Assembly (NCBI GenBank): GCA_963774705.1
Contig: CAVZFW010000010.1
Coordinates: 323,706-387,705, forward strand
Length of the DNA stretch: 64,000 nt
DNA from: an uncultured delta proteobacterium
Lineage (GTDB): Bacteria; Desulfobacterota; Binatia; Binatales; Binataceae
Direction: 5' to 3'
Below, piece after piece: positions 29,613-38,313 of the stretch. Both the position numbers and the translations under genes were made by a program. Numbering within the stretch: position 1 is the stretch's first letter; the number at the start of each line of letters is the position of its first letter. The notes under the pieces were generated by a model. The model had not been told where the DNA came from and made no database searches. It saw nothing but the letters and a program-made list of their open reading frames with translations.

Positions 29613-30170
29613 ATGGCCAACAAAGGATTTTCTCACGTCGGGTTGTCAACTCTCGACCTCGATAAGACCCGGGAGTTTTACGAGGGGATCCTGGGCTTCA
29701 AGCCGGTGATTGCCGACACCATCAAAATCAAGGAAGGCGGCGCCATCCGGCATATTTTCTTCGACACCGGACGCGACCAACTGCTCGCCTTCATGGAGCC
29801 GCGCGGAGTCCCAGGCGTACCAGTCGAGTACGATGCGGGCATCAATCGTGGGCTGGGCGTACCGGCGGCGTTCTATCATTTCGCGTTCGAAGCCGGCTCC
29901 GAGGCGGGCCTCGAAGCCAAGCGCGCGGAACTCGCAGCGAAGGGCGTCGAAGTGACCGAGGTGGTCGACCATAATTGGGCCAAGTCGATCTATTTCAAAG
30001 ATCCCAACGGCATCTCGCTCGAGTATTGCTGCTTGGTGCGCGAGTTCGTCGCCGACGACGCCAATATGCAGGAGCGGTTCGAGATCTCGGTCCAGGCGCT
30101 CGGACTGAACAAGCGGGACGTTTGCGAGGTTACAACAGCGCAGTCTCACAGCTACAAGGAGAAGGCCTGA
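29613..30170 (+). CDS. VOC/glyoxalase family protein
   Basis: AGGAGG RBS before ATG 29613. FSHVGLSTLDLDKTREFYEGILGF, HFAFEA, SIYFKDPNGISLEY. Confidence 0.65.
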   Translation: MANKGFSHVGLSTLDLDKTREFYEGILGFKPVIADTIKIKEGGAIRHIFFDTGRDQLLAFMEPRGVPGVPVEYDAGINRGLGVPAAFYHFAFEAGSEAGLEAKRAELAAKGVEVTEVVDHNWAKSIYFKDPNGISLEYCCLVREFVADDANMQERFEISVQALGLNKRDVCEVTTAQSHSYKEKA

Positions 30171-30420
30171 ATCACGATCGCGTCAGCTCTTTCGATTTAA
30201 CCTCGGGTCCGGGATTTGCGACGTTCTTCGTGACTCCCGGGTCCTCCTTATCCGCCGCATAATTCGGAAGTCCAGGTACTTCGAAACCAGAGTTTCTGCG
30301 CGTCGCTTAGATTTGTAGTTGGGACGATGCGGGCATCTGTATACTATATGGGCCGGTTCGAGTCGTAGTCAGCCGTAGTCGTTTCGCCGGCTGGTCCCTC
30401 GACGCCGAAGGAGAATCCTG

Positions 30421-31797
30421 ATGCCCGGTCACCTGGGGAAACATGCCATCGTCATCGGTGGCAGTATCGCGGGCCTGATGGCCGCTCGTGTGCTCACCGA
30501 CTATTTCGAACAGGTGACCGTGCTCGATCGCGACCATATCGAAGCGCAACCCGCCGTGCACAAATCGGTCCCTCAGGGAAATCATCTGCACGCCTTGATG
30601 CTGGGTGGTCAACAGGTGTTGTCGTCGCTCTTTCCGGACTTCACCGATCGGCTGCAAAAGCTCGGGGCAGTGCGCTTTCGCTTCGGCATCGAAGCCGCCT
30701 TCTTCTTTCCGGGCGGCCGCTCCTACACCCCGACCGGATCGGTGCGGGAACCGCGCGACCTCGGTATCGACGGCTATAGTCAGAGCCGCGGCCTGCTCGA
30801 ATTTTGTGTGCGGCAGTGCGCTCTCGAGCTGCCCAATCTGAAGTTCACCGGCGACGCCGCAGTGCAAGGCCTGATATATGAGAACGGGCAGGTGCGCGGC
30901 GTGCGTTTCACTCGCGACGGTGCCACCGATTCGATCGCCGCCGACCTCGTGGTGGACGCCGGCGGGCGTGGTTCGCGCGCTCCGCGATGGCTCACGGAGA
31001 TGGGTTTCCAAACCCCCGAAGAAACCACCATCGGTTGCGATTTCGCATACAGCAGCGCCAAGTTTCGTAAGCCGGCCAACTATGACGCGCCCGAAAAGGT
31101 CATGCTCTTCGGTGGGCCGCCACCCAAATACACCAACGGCGCCGGCATCGGCAGTATTGAGAATGACACCTGGATGGTCAGCCTGGCGGGGCGCTTCGGC
31201 GTTTATCCGCCGACCGATGAGGCCGGTTTCTTCGAGTTCGCCAAATCGCTCCCGACCAAGCGGTTTTACGAGTTGATCGAGGATGCAGAGCGCTTGACCG
31301 AGATCACCCAGCATCGTTTTCCGACCAGCGTGCAACGTCATTACGAGCGTCTGTCGGCCTTTCCGGAGCGGTTCGTGATTCTGGGCGACGCCATCAGCAG
31401 CTTCAACCCAGTCTATGGGCAAGGGATGAGCTCGGCAGCTTTGCAGGTCCGGGCGCTCCAGCAACTGCTGGGCGAACGCGCCGCGGGCACCCGGGCAAAC
31501 GGACTCGATCGGTTGGGCATGGCCTTTTTCCCGAAAGCGGCGGAGGTAATCGCATCCCCGTGGTTTCTCGCGGCAGCCTCGGATTTTGCCTATCCGCAGA
31601 CTAGCGGCGAGCGCCCGCCCAATATGGAGGATGGCGGACGCTATTTCGCGGCGCTCGATTCGCTGGTTGCCGAAGATCCGGCCGTCCATCGAATACTGGT
31701 CGAAGTCTTCCAGTTGGCGCGCCCGTTATGGGAGCTGACGTCCGATCCGTTGCGCAGCCGCGTCATCGCGCGCCAGGAAGCCCTCGCCGCCAAGTGA
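30421..31797 (+). CDS. FAD-dependent oxidoreductase/monooxygenase
   Basis: AIVIGGSIAGLMAARVL dinucleotide-binding motif, VVDAGGRGS, ILGDAISSFNPVYGQGMS. GAAGGAG RBS. Confidence 0.7.
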   Translation: MPGHLGKHAIVIGGSIAGLMAARVLTDYFEQVTVLDRDHIEAQPAVHKSVPQGNHLHALMLGGQQVLSSLFPDFTDRLQKLGAVRFRFGIEAAFFFPGGRSYTPTGSVREPRDLGIDGYSQSRGLLEFCVRQCALELPNLKFTGDAAVQGLIYENGQVRGVRFTRDGATDSIAADLVVDAGGRGSRAPRWLTEMGFQTPEETTIGCDFAYSSAKFRKPANYDAPEKVMLFGGPPPKYTNGAGIGSIENDTWMVSLAGRFGVYPPTDEAGFFEFAKSLPTKRFYELIEDAERLTEITQHRFPTSVQRHYERLSAFPERFVILGDAISSFNPVYGQGMSSAALQVRALQQLLGERAAGTRANGLDRLGMAFFPKAAEVIASPWFLAAASDFAYPQTSGERPPNMEDGGRYFAALDSLVAEDPAVHRILVEVFQLARPLWELTSDPLRSRVIARQEALAAK

Positions 31798-32433
31798 CGC
31801 AGCGGGTTGCGCCTCCGAGATATGTGCAGTTGCGGCGACTTCGACCGCCACGTTCGGCTCAACCTTGAAAAACAGGATGCTTGGATCCTTGAGTCCCCAC
31901 GCCACGTAAGGAATTGCAAAGCGGCAGCGGATGGTCGCGTCTTCGCCGCGCCGCTCGACAGTTGCCGTGACCGTGAATGGATGCGGTGCGCCGTGGAGCG
32001 TCATCACGCCGCGCACAACTACCGGAAATTCGCCCCGCGGCTCGCCATGACTCTCGACCTGCTGCGGCGCGAAACTCATTTCGGGAAAGCTCGCCGCCTC
32101 GAGGATGCTGTCCTTCATGCGGGCGTCGCGCACGGTGTAGCCACTGTCGCCGCTGGCCGCATCGACCACGATTTCACCGGCCATTTTTCCGGTCGTCGCG
32201 TCGACGCGGATCACGCCGCTCTTTAGCTTGAACGTGCCGTCGGTGACATGCGGCCAACCGATTAGCTTGTAGGCGATCGTCGTATGCGCTGTATCGAACG
32301 TGAGCGACGTCCACCTGCGAGCGACGGAATCCGCGGCGGTTTGACCATTAACCCGCGCGACCACTTGCACCATCAGCCCGATCGTCATGATCGATGAGAG
32401 TGCGAGTCTCGCTATCGGTCGCGTCGTTTTCAC
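31726..32433 (-). CDS. YceI family periplasmic protein
   Basis: GTG 32433 (VKTTRPIARLALSSIMTIGLMVQVVA signal-like). FDTAHTTIAYKLIGWPHVTDGTFKLKSGVIRVD...RDARMKDSILEAASFPEMSF...GVMTLHG are YceI signatures. The track merges it with the upstream remnant into one 376-aa ORF. Confidence 0.7.
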   Translation of the reverse strand: MKTTRPIARLALSSIMTIGLMVQVVARVNGQTAADSVARRWTSLTFDTAHTTIAYKLIGWPHVTDGTFKLKSGVIRVDATTGKMAGEIVVDAASGDSGYTVRDARMKDSILEAASFPEMSFAPQQVESHGEPRGEFPVVVRGVMTLHGAPHPFTVTATVERRGEDATIRCRFAIPYVAWGLKDPSILFFKVEPNVAVEVAATAHISEAQPAASLGGEGFLARDDAAAQRIGRQLP

Positions 32434-32915
32434 CCTGGGACGGGACTCTGAACCAGCGGCTCGGCGGCTATCAGATGCCGGATGAATCCCGCGACTGCGC
32501 CGAGCGGTGCGGACGTTATTGGTGCGCCTCCAGCATGCACGCCCAGCATGAACGTGAACAGCCGCCAACGCCGTGAGCACACGATGGCGAAGGCTGTGGC
32601 GACCGCTCACCAGCAGCATCAACTCCACCATCAATTCAGGCGGCCGGCTGATTATCCGATGCGCGCGCTCATATCCGCGGAGATTGCCGCTTGCGATCGA
32701 GTCGGCGAGCGCAACCGCGTGCTTGAAGCCCAAAGCGAGACCTTCTCCCGTCAGGGCATCCACCGCGCCGGCTGCATCACCGATTAACGCCACCCGCTTC
32801 GTTACCACTAAGCGCATCACGCTGGAACCGCATATCGCGCCCCACACGTCACTCAAAGGTACTATCTGCCGGCCGAACGCGACCGGCCCGCTATTATCAC
32901 AAAACAGGTTTATTA
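32431..32915 (-). pseudogene. 5'-truncated and frameshifted remnant of an FAD-dependent (geranylgeranyl-reductase-like) oxidoreductase
   Basis: Only the C-terminal part is present (VALIGDAAGAVDALTGEGLALGF GD-motif). A stop lies at ~32916 and there is no room for the ~250-aa N-terminal FAD domain. The 3' end reads sensibly only after a 1-nt shift near 32563 (..ALFTFMLGVHAGG...PVPG*), whose TGA overlaps the YceI GTG as GTGA. Confidence 0.55.
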
Positions 32916-33284
32916 ATCCTCAGCGCAGTCAGAATGTGTCTCCTCAACGAGTGTCAGAAAGTCGGCGATTCGGGCAATTACCAAAAATATTTTTTGCATG
33001 TGGGGCGATCAGACAGATCTAGACTCGTGATTGTGCATAGATGCAATCCTTTGCAAAACCGGTCAATCTTAACTCCTTCCGCGCAACGTGCTAATTTTCC
33101 TACGTCGTGGGGTTTGAGGGGGTGGATGCGGAGGGAATGCCTGCTCCAACTATAATCGCCTTCAGTCGTCCTTCGATCAGTATCGCCGCTCGGACGGCAT
33201 CCACCTCGCTCGCCCATCTGTTCGCGAAATTTGAGTGCATCGAATTTTCGCCAACGCGGAAGTTCCGTGCAGAACCTTCAACGT

Positions 33285-33322
33285 AAATTTAACTGGGAGC
33301 AAATTTAACTGGGGGCAAAATT
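33285..33322. repeat. tandem 16-nt direct repeat aaatttaactggg(a/g)gc x2 plus a partial third unit, immediately upstream of ATG 33331
   Basis: Read directly: aaatttaactgggagc aaatttaactgggggc aaaatt. Confidence 0.85.
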
Positions 33323-33330
33323 CAAGGGAG

Positions 33331-34137
33331 ATGGATCTGATCAAGCATTTCACTCAAGCCAAGGTTGAACCCGTTGCGGCGCCGGCCCCGATGCCGCCAC
33401 TCAAGAGCGCAACTCCGCAACCGTTGCCACCCCACCTGATCGAGGGTAACGGCAACGAACCAAGAATCTACTCGGTGCGCAAAATGCTCGAAAATCTCCC
33501 TCCCGATTCGGGTCCGGTCGTCCAGTCGCTCGAACAGGGCGCCGCGCCAATGACCAACCCGGGCTGCGATCCTTCGTCCGAGCGTCCCGAGGGGCTGGCA
33601 GGGGCCGTGCTGTCGTACGTCGAACATGACGGCGCCGCCGATTACCAGGTGTTTCAGGCGGTTGCGAAACTGTTCGAACAGACGCAGGCCGCGCGCCAGC
33701 AGTTGAATAATCTCGGCGCGATGTACGACTCGATCGAAGGGCTCGCGCAGACCGTCGCCGCGACCTTCGTACCGCTCGACGCGTTCCGCCAGCAGCTCGA
33801 GCAACTCGCGCGCAATTTCGTCCCGATCAAGGCTTTGCAGCAGGAGATGGCGCGTATCGCACAGACCTGCGACGCGATCCGGCCGCTGCAGGATCAGTTT
33901 TCGCAACTCACTGGTGGCTTCAACGTCCATATCCTCGCGCTGATGAAGGCGCTCGAACCAGCCGAGGAAGTCCGGCTGCGAATCCTCCAACTTGCGGAAA
34001 CGTTTGAACCGCTGACCACGCTGCATGAGCGGCTCGGCGACCTCAAGGGAGCGTTCGACGGTGGCGCGAATGGCGCCGTTGATCATGTGAACGGAGAAGG
34101 CTCGGCGGTCATGTTTTACGTCGCCAAGAGCGCGTGA
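33331..34137 (+). CDS. hypothetical helical-repeat protein (Pro-rich N-terminus, repeated F-x-P-[LI] helical motif)
   Basis: The plus frame has G/C-rich third positions; the antisense ORF 33322-34167 is Arg-rich and typical of a shadow. Repeats: TFVPLDAFRQQLEQLA, NFVPIKALQQEMARIA, AIRPLQDQFSQL, TFEPLTTLHERLGDL. The start is uncertain (GTG 33235 or ATG 33331). Confidence 0.5.
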   Translation: MDLIKHFTQAKVEPVAAPAPMPPLKSATPQPLPPHLIEGNGNEPRIYSVRKMLENLPPDSGPVVQSLEQGAAPMTNPGCDPSSERPEGLAGAVLSYVEHDGAADYQVFQAVAKLFEQTQAARQQLNNLGAMYDSIEGLAQTVAATFVPLDAFRQQLEQLARNFVPIKALQQEMARIAQTCDAIRPLQDQFSQLTGGFNVHILALMKALEPAEEVRLRILQLAETFEPLTTLHERLGDLKGAFDGGANGAVDHVNGEGSAVMFYVAKSA

Positions 34138-34229
34138 GTCGATCGGCCGCGCGACGCTGCGTGGCACTTCGGCGCGCCTAGAGATCTACCCCTGGAACAA
34201 GTCGCGCAAAATGGATCGGAGGACCAGGT

Positions 34230-37200
34230 TTAATGCGCGCTGTTGGATAGTCCGCCAAATGACGAAAAGATCCCTTGTAGGGCATGGGGGAATTGCGCCC
34301 CAAGAAGCGTCAGAATCGGCAGTAGACCGAAAACGACCAGTTGCCACACAAAGCCGCTATTCCAGTTCAACTCACCGGGTGTGGTGCCCGAGAGCATGCT
34401 GACCACGCGGTCACGATTGATTTGAACGAAGATCAAAACGATCACGCCGATGACGCTTAAGAGAATTATCCAACTGAGCGACGCAACCGTATCGTGTTGC
34501 GGAAAAGGATAGCTCGAGACGGCGAGCATCAGGGCGAGCAGGCCCACGCTGGTAAAGATCATCAGGTTCATTTGCTGAGGAAATACCTGCTGCAGGAAAC
34601 CGACCACGCGGCTGGCGATGAATAACTCACTATTTTTGATCAGCGACTCTTCCAGGTCGGGTGTATTCTCCCGAGCCGGTCGGGCGGAGAGGTGGGCCTC
34701 GCGATCGAGCCGCCACCACGGCTCGAAGATTTCCGTAATCACTCTCGAAAGGCGGCTAATCTCGCCTTGCAGGACAATTCTACCGTTGATCACGGAGCGC
34801 CAGACACCGGCGGCCTGGTTGGCGAGGAGCGTGTTCAAAGTGATTTGAGCCGCTTGAATCAGTTCCGCCAGCTCGACGCGCCTGGCGCTAAGGCGGGCGG
34901 CAAGCGTGCCTGACGGAAAAGCTGGGGGCGGTGCTTTAGCGGCGTCGTCTGGAGGTTCGACCTGCCGGAGCATCTCCCTCGCACGCCCCAGGCAGAATTC
35001 TACCGCGATCATATTGTCCGCGGGCGCGACCAACGGAATGTGCTGTCGATCGGCCATCGAAGGCGCCACGCTGCCAGTGCGCAACTCCTCATAAACGCCG
35101 CGTGTCGGGTGCATCGCCAGGCGGCGCAGCAGCGATCGCAATTCCCACCATACGGCGATGAAGCGTCCGAGCATCAGGAGAAACGATGTGTAGACAAAGG
35201 TCGCGATGCCGATGAAGAACAGCGTGAACACTTGACCATCGAGCGCAATCAGCTTGAATCCCGGCATGTCGAGCAGAATATAGACCACCACGGGCAGCAC
35301 CAACCATAACGCCCAGAATGGAATCTCGTCAGTCGGGCATTTGAGCAAATGAACAATGGCACGCTCGTTGAGGGCAATACCAGTGAAAGAGCCGCTATGG
35401 CCGAAACCCAGGAAATCGAAGTTGAGCACGTATTCTTCGGTAAGGTTCGTTCGCCACAATTCGCTCACGCTCAACCACAATGCTGCAATCCCGATATACA
35501 GCATCGGCAATAGCGGGGAGACGCCGTTCCAAAGGTTTGCCGCGCGCACGAAGTAGAACAGTGCTGGAAGAGGATCCTGCCGCCAGATCGAGATCGCGAA
35601 TATAATCGCGATTCCTACTCCGATTAAGCTCGCGATAAATCTCAGGGCCGCGGTCCACGAGGCCTTTCTCAAGAGAATCATCGAGGTGGCGCGGCGCGAA
35701 GCCTCGCCGCGAACCACTGTGGTCTGCCTGTCCTTATCCAGGATGAGCCCCACCAGACCGAGCACAATCACTACACCCCCGATCAGCGTCGGACCGAGCG
35801 CCCAGACGAGCAGTCCAAAGTTGTCGCCAACGGTGACGAACCAGCGCGACGAATTGTCCGGCGCCCACAAACTCATCGCACGTAAAGGCAGCAGCCATAT
35901 AGCGCTCGCGACCAGAAAGAACGTCAGCAGAACGAGCACGAAAGATAAGAGGCTCAGTTCGCGATCCGTGCGGTTGACGGTTTTCGGATCAGTCGGATCG
36001 TCGAGGAGACGCACGAACCAACGCGGCGGTGTTGGAATAACTTGTCCAAGGGCGCGATAGAGCCCGCCCACCCCGTCGTTCGTCATCGCATGCCATTTGA
36101 TCATGTAAAGGTGAGGCAGCGTGCACAGCAGGACGATCATCGCAAACGTAATATCGAATTGACGGGGGTAAATGCTCACGCCGAAATTCTTCGGGAGATA
36201 TCCAGCCGTTCGGGGCGGTTGGTGACGCTTCACCACGTGAGCACCCGGCGGGCTTTGAAAAACCGTTACAGGCCACAGTGCGCCGTTGCCAACGACCGTC
36301 AACCACATGGGCGGAGCCGGCGATGCGCTCGAAAAGGGCAGGGTGTACTCCACCATCAGTTTCGTGTCGTCCACGGCGGCGAGAACGGCGTTGTACACCC
36401 CCTCAGCCTCACTGCTGGGAAACTGGAAACGGCGGTAGTCCAGACTGGAGGGCCAGGTCCACAGCTGATTTGACGCGAAAAGCGGATAGGTGGAGAAAAT
36501 CAGCGTGCCGACGAGGTCCCGATTAAAGTCGGAATGCAGATAGAGCAAATCGGACGAAGCCAGAAACGGGGTCGTGTCGGGACAGTTGCTGCGGATCTCG
36601 CGAATCAGGAAGATGGCGTCCTGGATATTGGTCGCGATGATCCCGACGTAGTGGAAGTTTTCCCGATTGATGGTCGAGAGCAGGTTGGCGAGCACCATTT
36701 CATCGTCAGCGGCGGAAGCGCGCGAGAATGAAGGCACAAAGTACCGATCAAGGCCCGGATCCTCGTCGGAAATCGGCAGATCACGGTGCGAAAGGCCAAG
36801 CGGAGTCGCAGCCGGATTGGCCTGCTGGACCCGCGAACTATCGAAAGTTGTTCGCACGTTGGAAATGTGAATCGGATAGGGGAGAAACGTAACTGCCGAA
36901 TGGTTGCCGGCTTTGCGCCTCTTATAGCGAACTATGCGAGAGTTCCCATCGATGGAATTCCCGTAAGCGGTATCGTCGGTGAGTATCGCGAGGCGTGGAT
37001 CGCTCAGGTTTTCCTGAAAAAATCGAATCAAGCCGTCGTAGGTCTGTGCGTCTGGCAGCTCGGTTGACTGAAATTCCCCCAGTTCGGTCGGCCAGTCATC
37101 GATCGCGGTCGCGCTTCCGGACAGCAGCGAAATCGAGATGGGCGGAGTTGGCTGCTGAAGTCCGCCGAAGTACAGCCACGAACGTAGAACCTCCTTGATT

Positions 37201-37985
37201 GATGGAGCCGACCCGGAATAGCTGGGCCCGAGGATCTCGATCAGATTGGCACTTCGCGGGGGACCCTTGGGATCGTTCCGCGCCAGATCAACCAGATGCG
37301 CCGGCGCGGACGTCTCGCCTGCGCCACGCCATCCACGCAACCACGCGATTTGATCGAGCGCGCTGCGCAGCGCGGGCGCGTTGACTCCCGAGGTGGGAGT
37401 CTCCCCGACCACAAAGACCACCATGAGACTAACGCGCGCGGGATGGTTAGCGTCTGCGGTGTCGGCCCGCCGGAACAGCATAACGCCGGGGCGCCGTGAT
37501 CTCTGCGCCGGAGTGGTGCCTTCGGCGGAAAGTTGATCCACCCACGGCAAGGTGGCCTTCGCAAGCATGTAGTTTTCGTGGCTGAGCGCTAGCTGGATCG
37601 AATCGATGTAGCGATCGAATTCGTAGCGCAGCGACGGATTCTCCGGATTGGGTAGTGTTGCGATGAGGAATGAAATTCGATCGTTACGACGCGGATCATC
37701 CGGATTCCACGCGCCGTTGGGACCCGGATAATTCGGCGCACTCTGCTGCCACGGTTTATCCCGATCGATGAACTGATCTGCGTCAGCATCGAAGAAATCC
37801 TCAAGCAGGTCGCGCGCGCTGATTTCGTCGCCCGATACCTTCGTGTCTTTCGCATTAGGCAGCGATATCGACGAGGACGGTTTCGACGACATTACCAGGG
37901 GAGCGCCGATGCCAAAGAAGGCAAGAAGTATGAAAAAAATTGTCGCCGGCGACATGCCGGCGCCTTTGCCGGAGCCTTCGGGCAT
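34230..37985 (-). CDS. hypothetical ~1250-aa polytopic membrane protein with large N-terminal extracytoplasmic periplasmic-binding-protein-like domain
   Basis: Longest ORF in the window. TM1 is ATIFFILLAFFGIGAPLVM. It is followed by a ~600-aa ectodomain with PBP1-like beta-alpha blocks, about 7 TM helices, a ~190-aa soluble helical segment, and 3 C-terminal TM helices. ATG 37985 is preferred to the track TTG 37991. Confidence 0.6.
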   Translation of the reverse strand: MPEGSGKGAGMSPATIFFILLAFFGIGAPLVMSSKPSSSISLPNAKDTKVSGDEISARDLLEDFFDADADQFIDRDKPWQQSAPNYPGPNGAWNPDDPRRNDRISFLIATLPNPENPSLRYEFDRYIDSIQLALSHENYMLAKATLPWVDQLSAEGTTPAQRSRRPGVMLFRRADTADANHPARVSLMVVFVVGETPTSGVNAPALRSALDQIAWLRGWRGAGETSAPAHLVDLARNDPKGPPRSANLIEILGPSYSGSAPSIKEVLRSWLYFGGLQQPTPPISISLLSGSATAIDDWPTELGEFQSTELPDAQTYDGLIRFFQENLSDPRLAILTDDTAYGNSIDGNSRIVRYKRRKAGNHSAVTFLPYPIHISNVRTTFDSSRVQQANPAATPLGLSHRDLPISDEDPGLDRYFVPSFSRASAADDEMVLANLLSTINRENFHYVGIIATNIQDAIFLIREIRSNCPDTTPFLASSDLLYLHSDFNRDLVGTLIFSTYPLFASNQLWTWPSSLDYRRFQFPSSEAEGVYNAVLAAVDDTKLMVEYTLPFSSASPAPPMWLTVVGNGALWPVTVFQSPPGAHVVKRHQPPRTAGYLPKNFGVSIYPRQFDITFAMIVLLCTLPHLYMIKWHAMTNDGVGGLYRALGQVIPTPPRWFVRLLDDPTDPKTVNRTDRELSLLSFVLVLLTFFLVASAIWLLPLRAMSLWAPDNSSRWFVTVGDNFGLLVWALGPTLIGGVVIVLGLVGLILDKDRQTTVVRGEASRRATSMILLRKASWTAALRFIASLIGVGIAIIFAISIWRQDPLPALFYFVRAANLWNGVSPLLPMLYIGIAALWLSVSELWRTNLTEEYVLNFDFLGFGHSGSFTGIALNERAIVHLLKCPTDEIPFWALWLVLPVVVYILLDMPGFKLIALDGQVFTLFFIGIATFVYTSFLLMLGRFIAVWWELRSLLRRLAMHPTRGVYEELRTGSVAPSMADRQHIPLVAPADNMIAVEFCLGRAREMLRQVEPPDDAAKAPPPAFPSGTLAARLSARRVELAELIQAAQITLNTLLANQAAGVWRSVINGRIVLQGEISRLSRVITEIFEPWWRLDREAHLSARPARENTPDLEESLIKNSELFIASRVVGFLQQVFPQQMNLMIFTSVGLLALMLAVSSYPFPQHDTVASLSWIILLSVIGVIVLIFVQINRDRVVSMLSGTTPGELNWNSGFVWQLVVFGLLPILTLLGAQFPHALQGIFSSFGGLSNSAH

Positions 37986-38313
37986 TATCAATCCGTTCGC
38001 CCTGATTGCTCAGGGCGCATTACGCTGGCGGCGATAACCGCCGTTCATGATGAATTTAATGGGATTCCAACGGCACGCCGATCGCGTGCCGCGAAAGACC
38101 CTCCCCTTTTGTCTATTGAGCCGTATAGCAGTCGAGTTGCTGCAAAGCAATTTTGCACCACCATTTTGGAACGTTATAAGGCATCGATGCGCGAGCGATC
38201 GAATCGCGCGTCCCGTCAATGCGCGAGATGTGCCAGTCGGAGTGGGCGCGCTCACAAAGCGCGCGCCGTCTAAAGTGTCCCGGCGAGCCGGATTCGTTCA
38301 GGCGCGAAGAGAA

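Noticed and set aside
30260-30300. cgaaaccagagtttctg mini-palindrome upstream of the FAD oxidoreductase, superficially like the TGAAACC...GGTTTCA element
   Set aside because: Only 5-bp arms are present, with different spacing, and the conserved flanks (tcttt / cttcccat) are missing. It is probably chance.
30307-31689. 460-aa minus-strand ORF
   Set aside because: It is antisense to the FAD-dependent oxidoreductase, which has a GxGxxG-type motif and an RBS. The antisense product is Arg/Ala/Gly-rich with no motifs.
31726-32856. Single 376-aa fusion protein (oxidoreductase C-terminus + YceI) as drawn in the track
   Set aside because: The two parts belong to unrelated families. A signal-peptide-like GTG start for YceI sits at 32433, and the upstream part regains a natural stop (GTGA overlap) after a 1-nt correction. 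I therefore read this as a remnant plus a separate gene.
33322-34167. 281-aa minus-strand ORF overlapping the helical-repeat gene
   Set aside because: The plus frame has G/C-rich third codon positions and an internally repeated motif. The minus frame is Arg-rich shadow. I keep only moderate confidence in the plus call.
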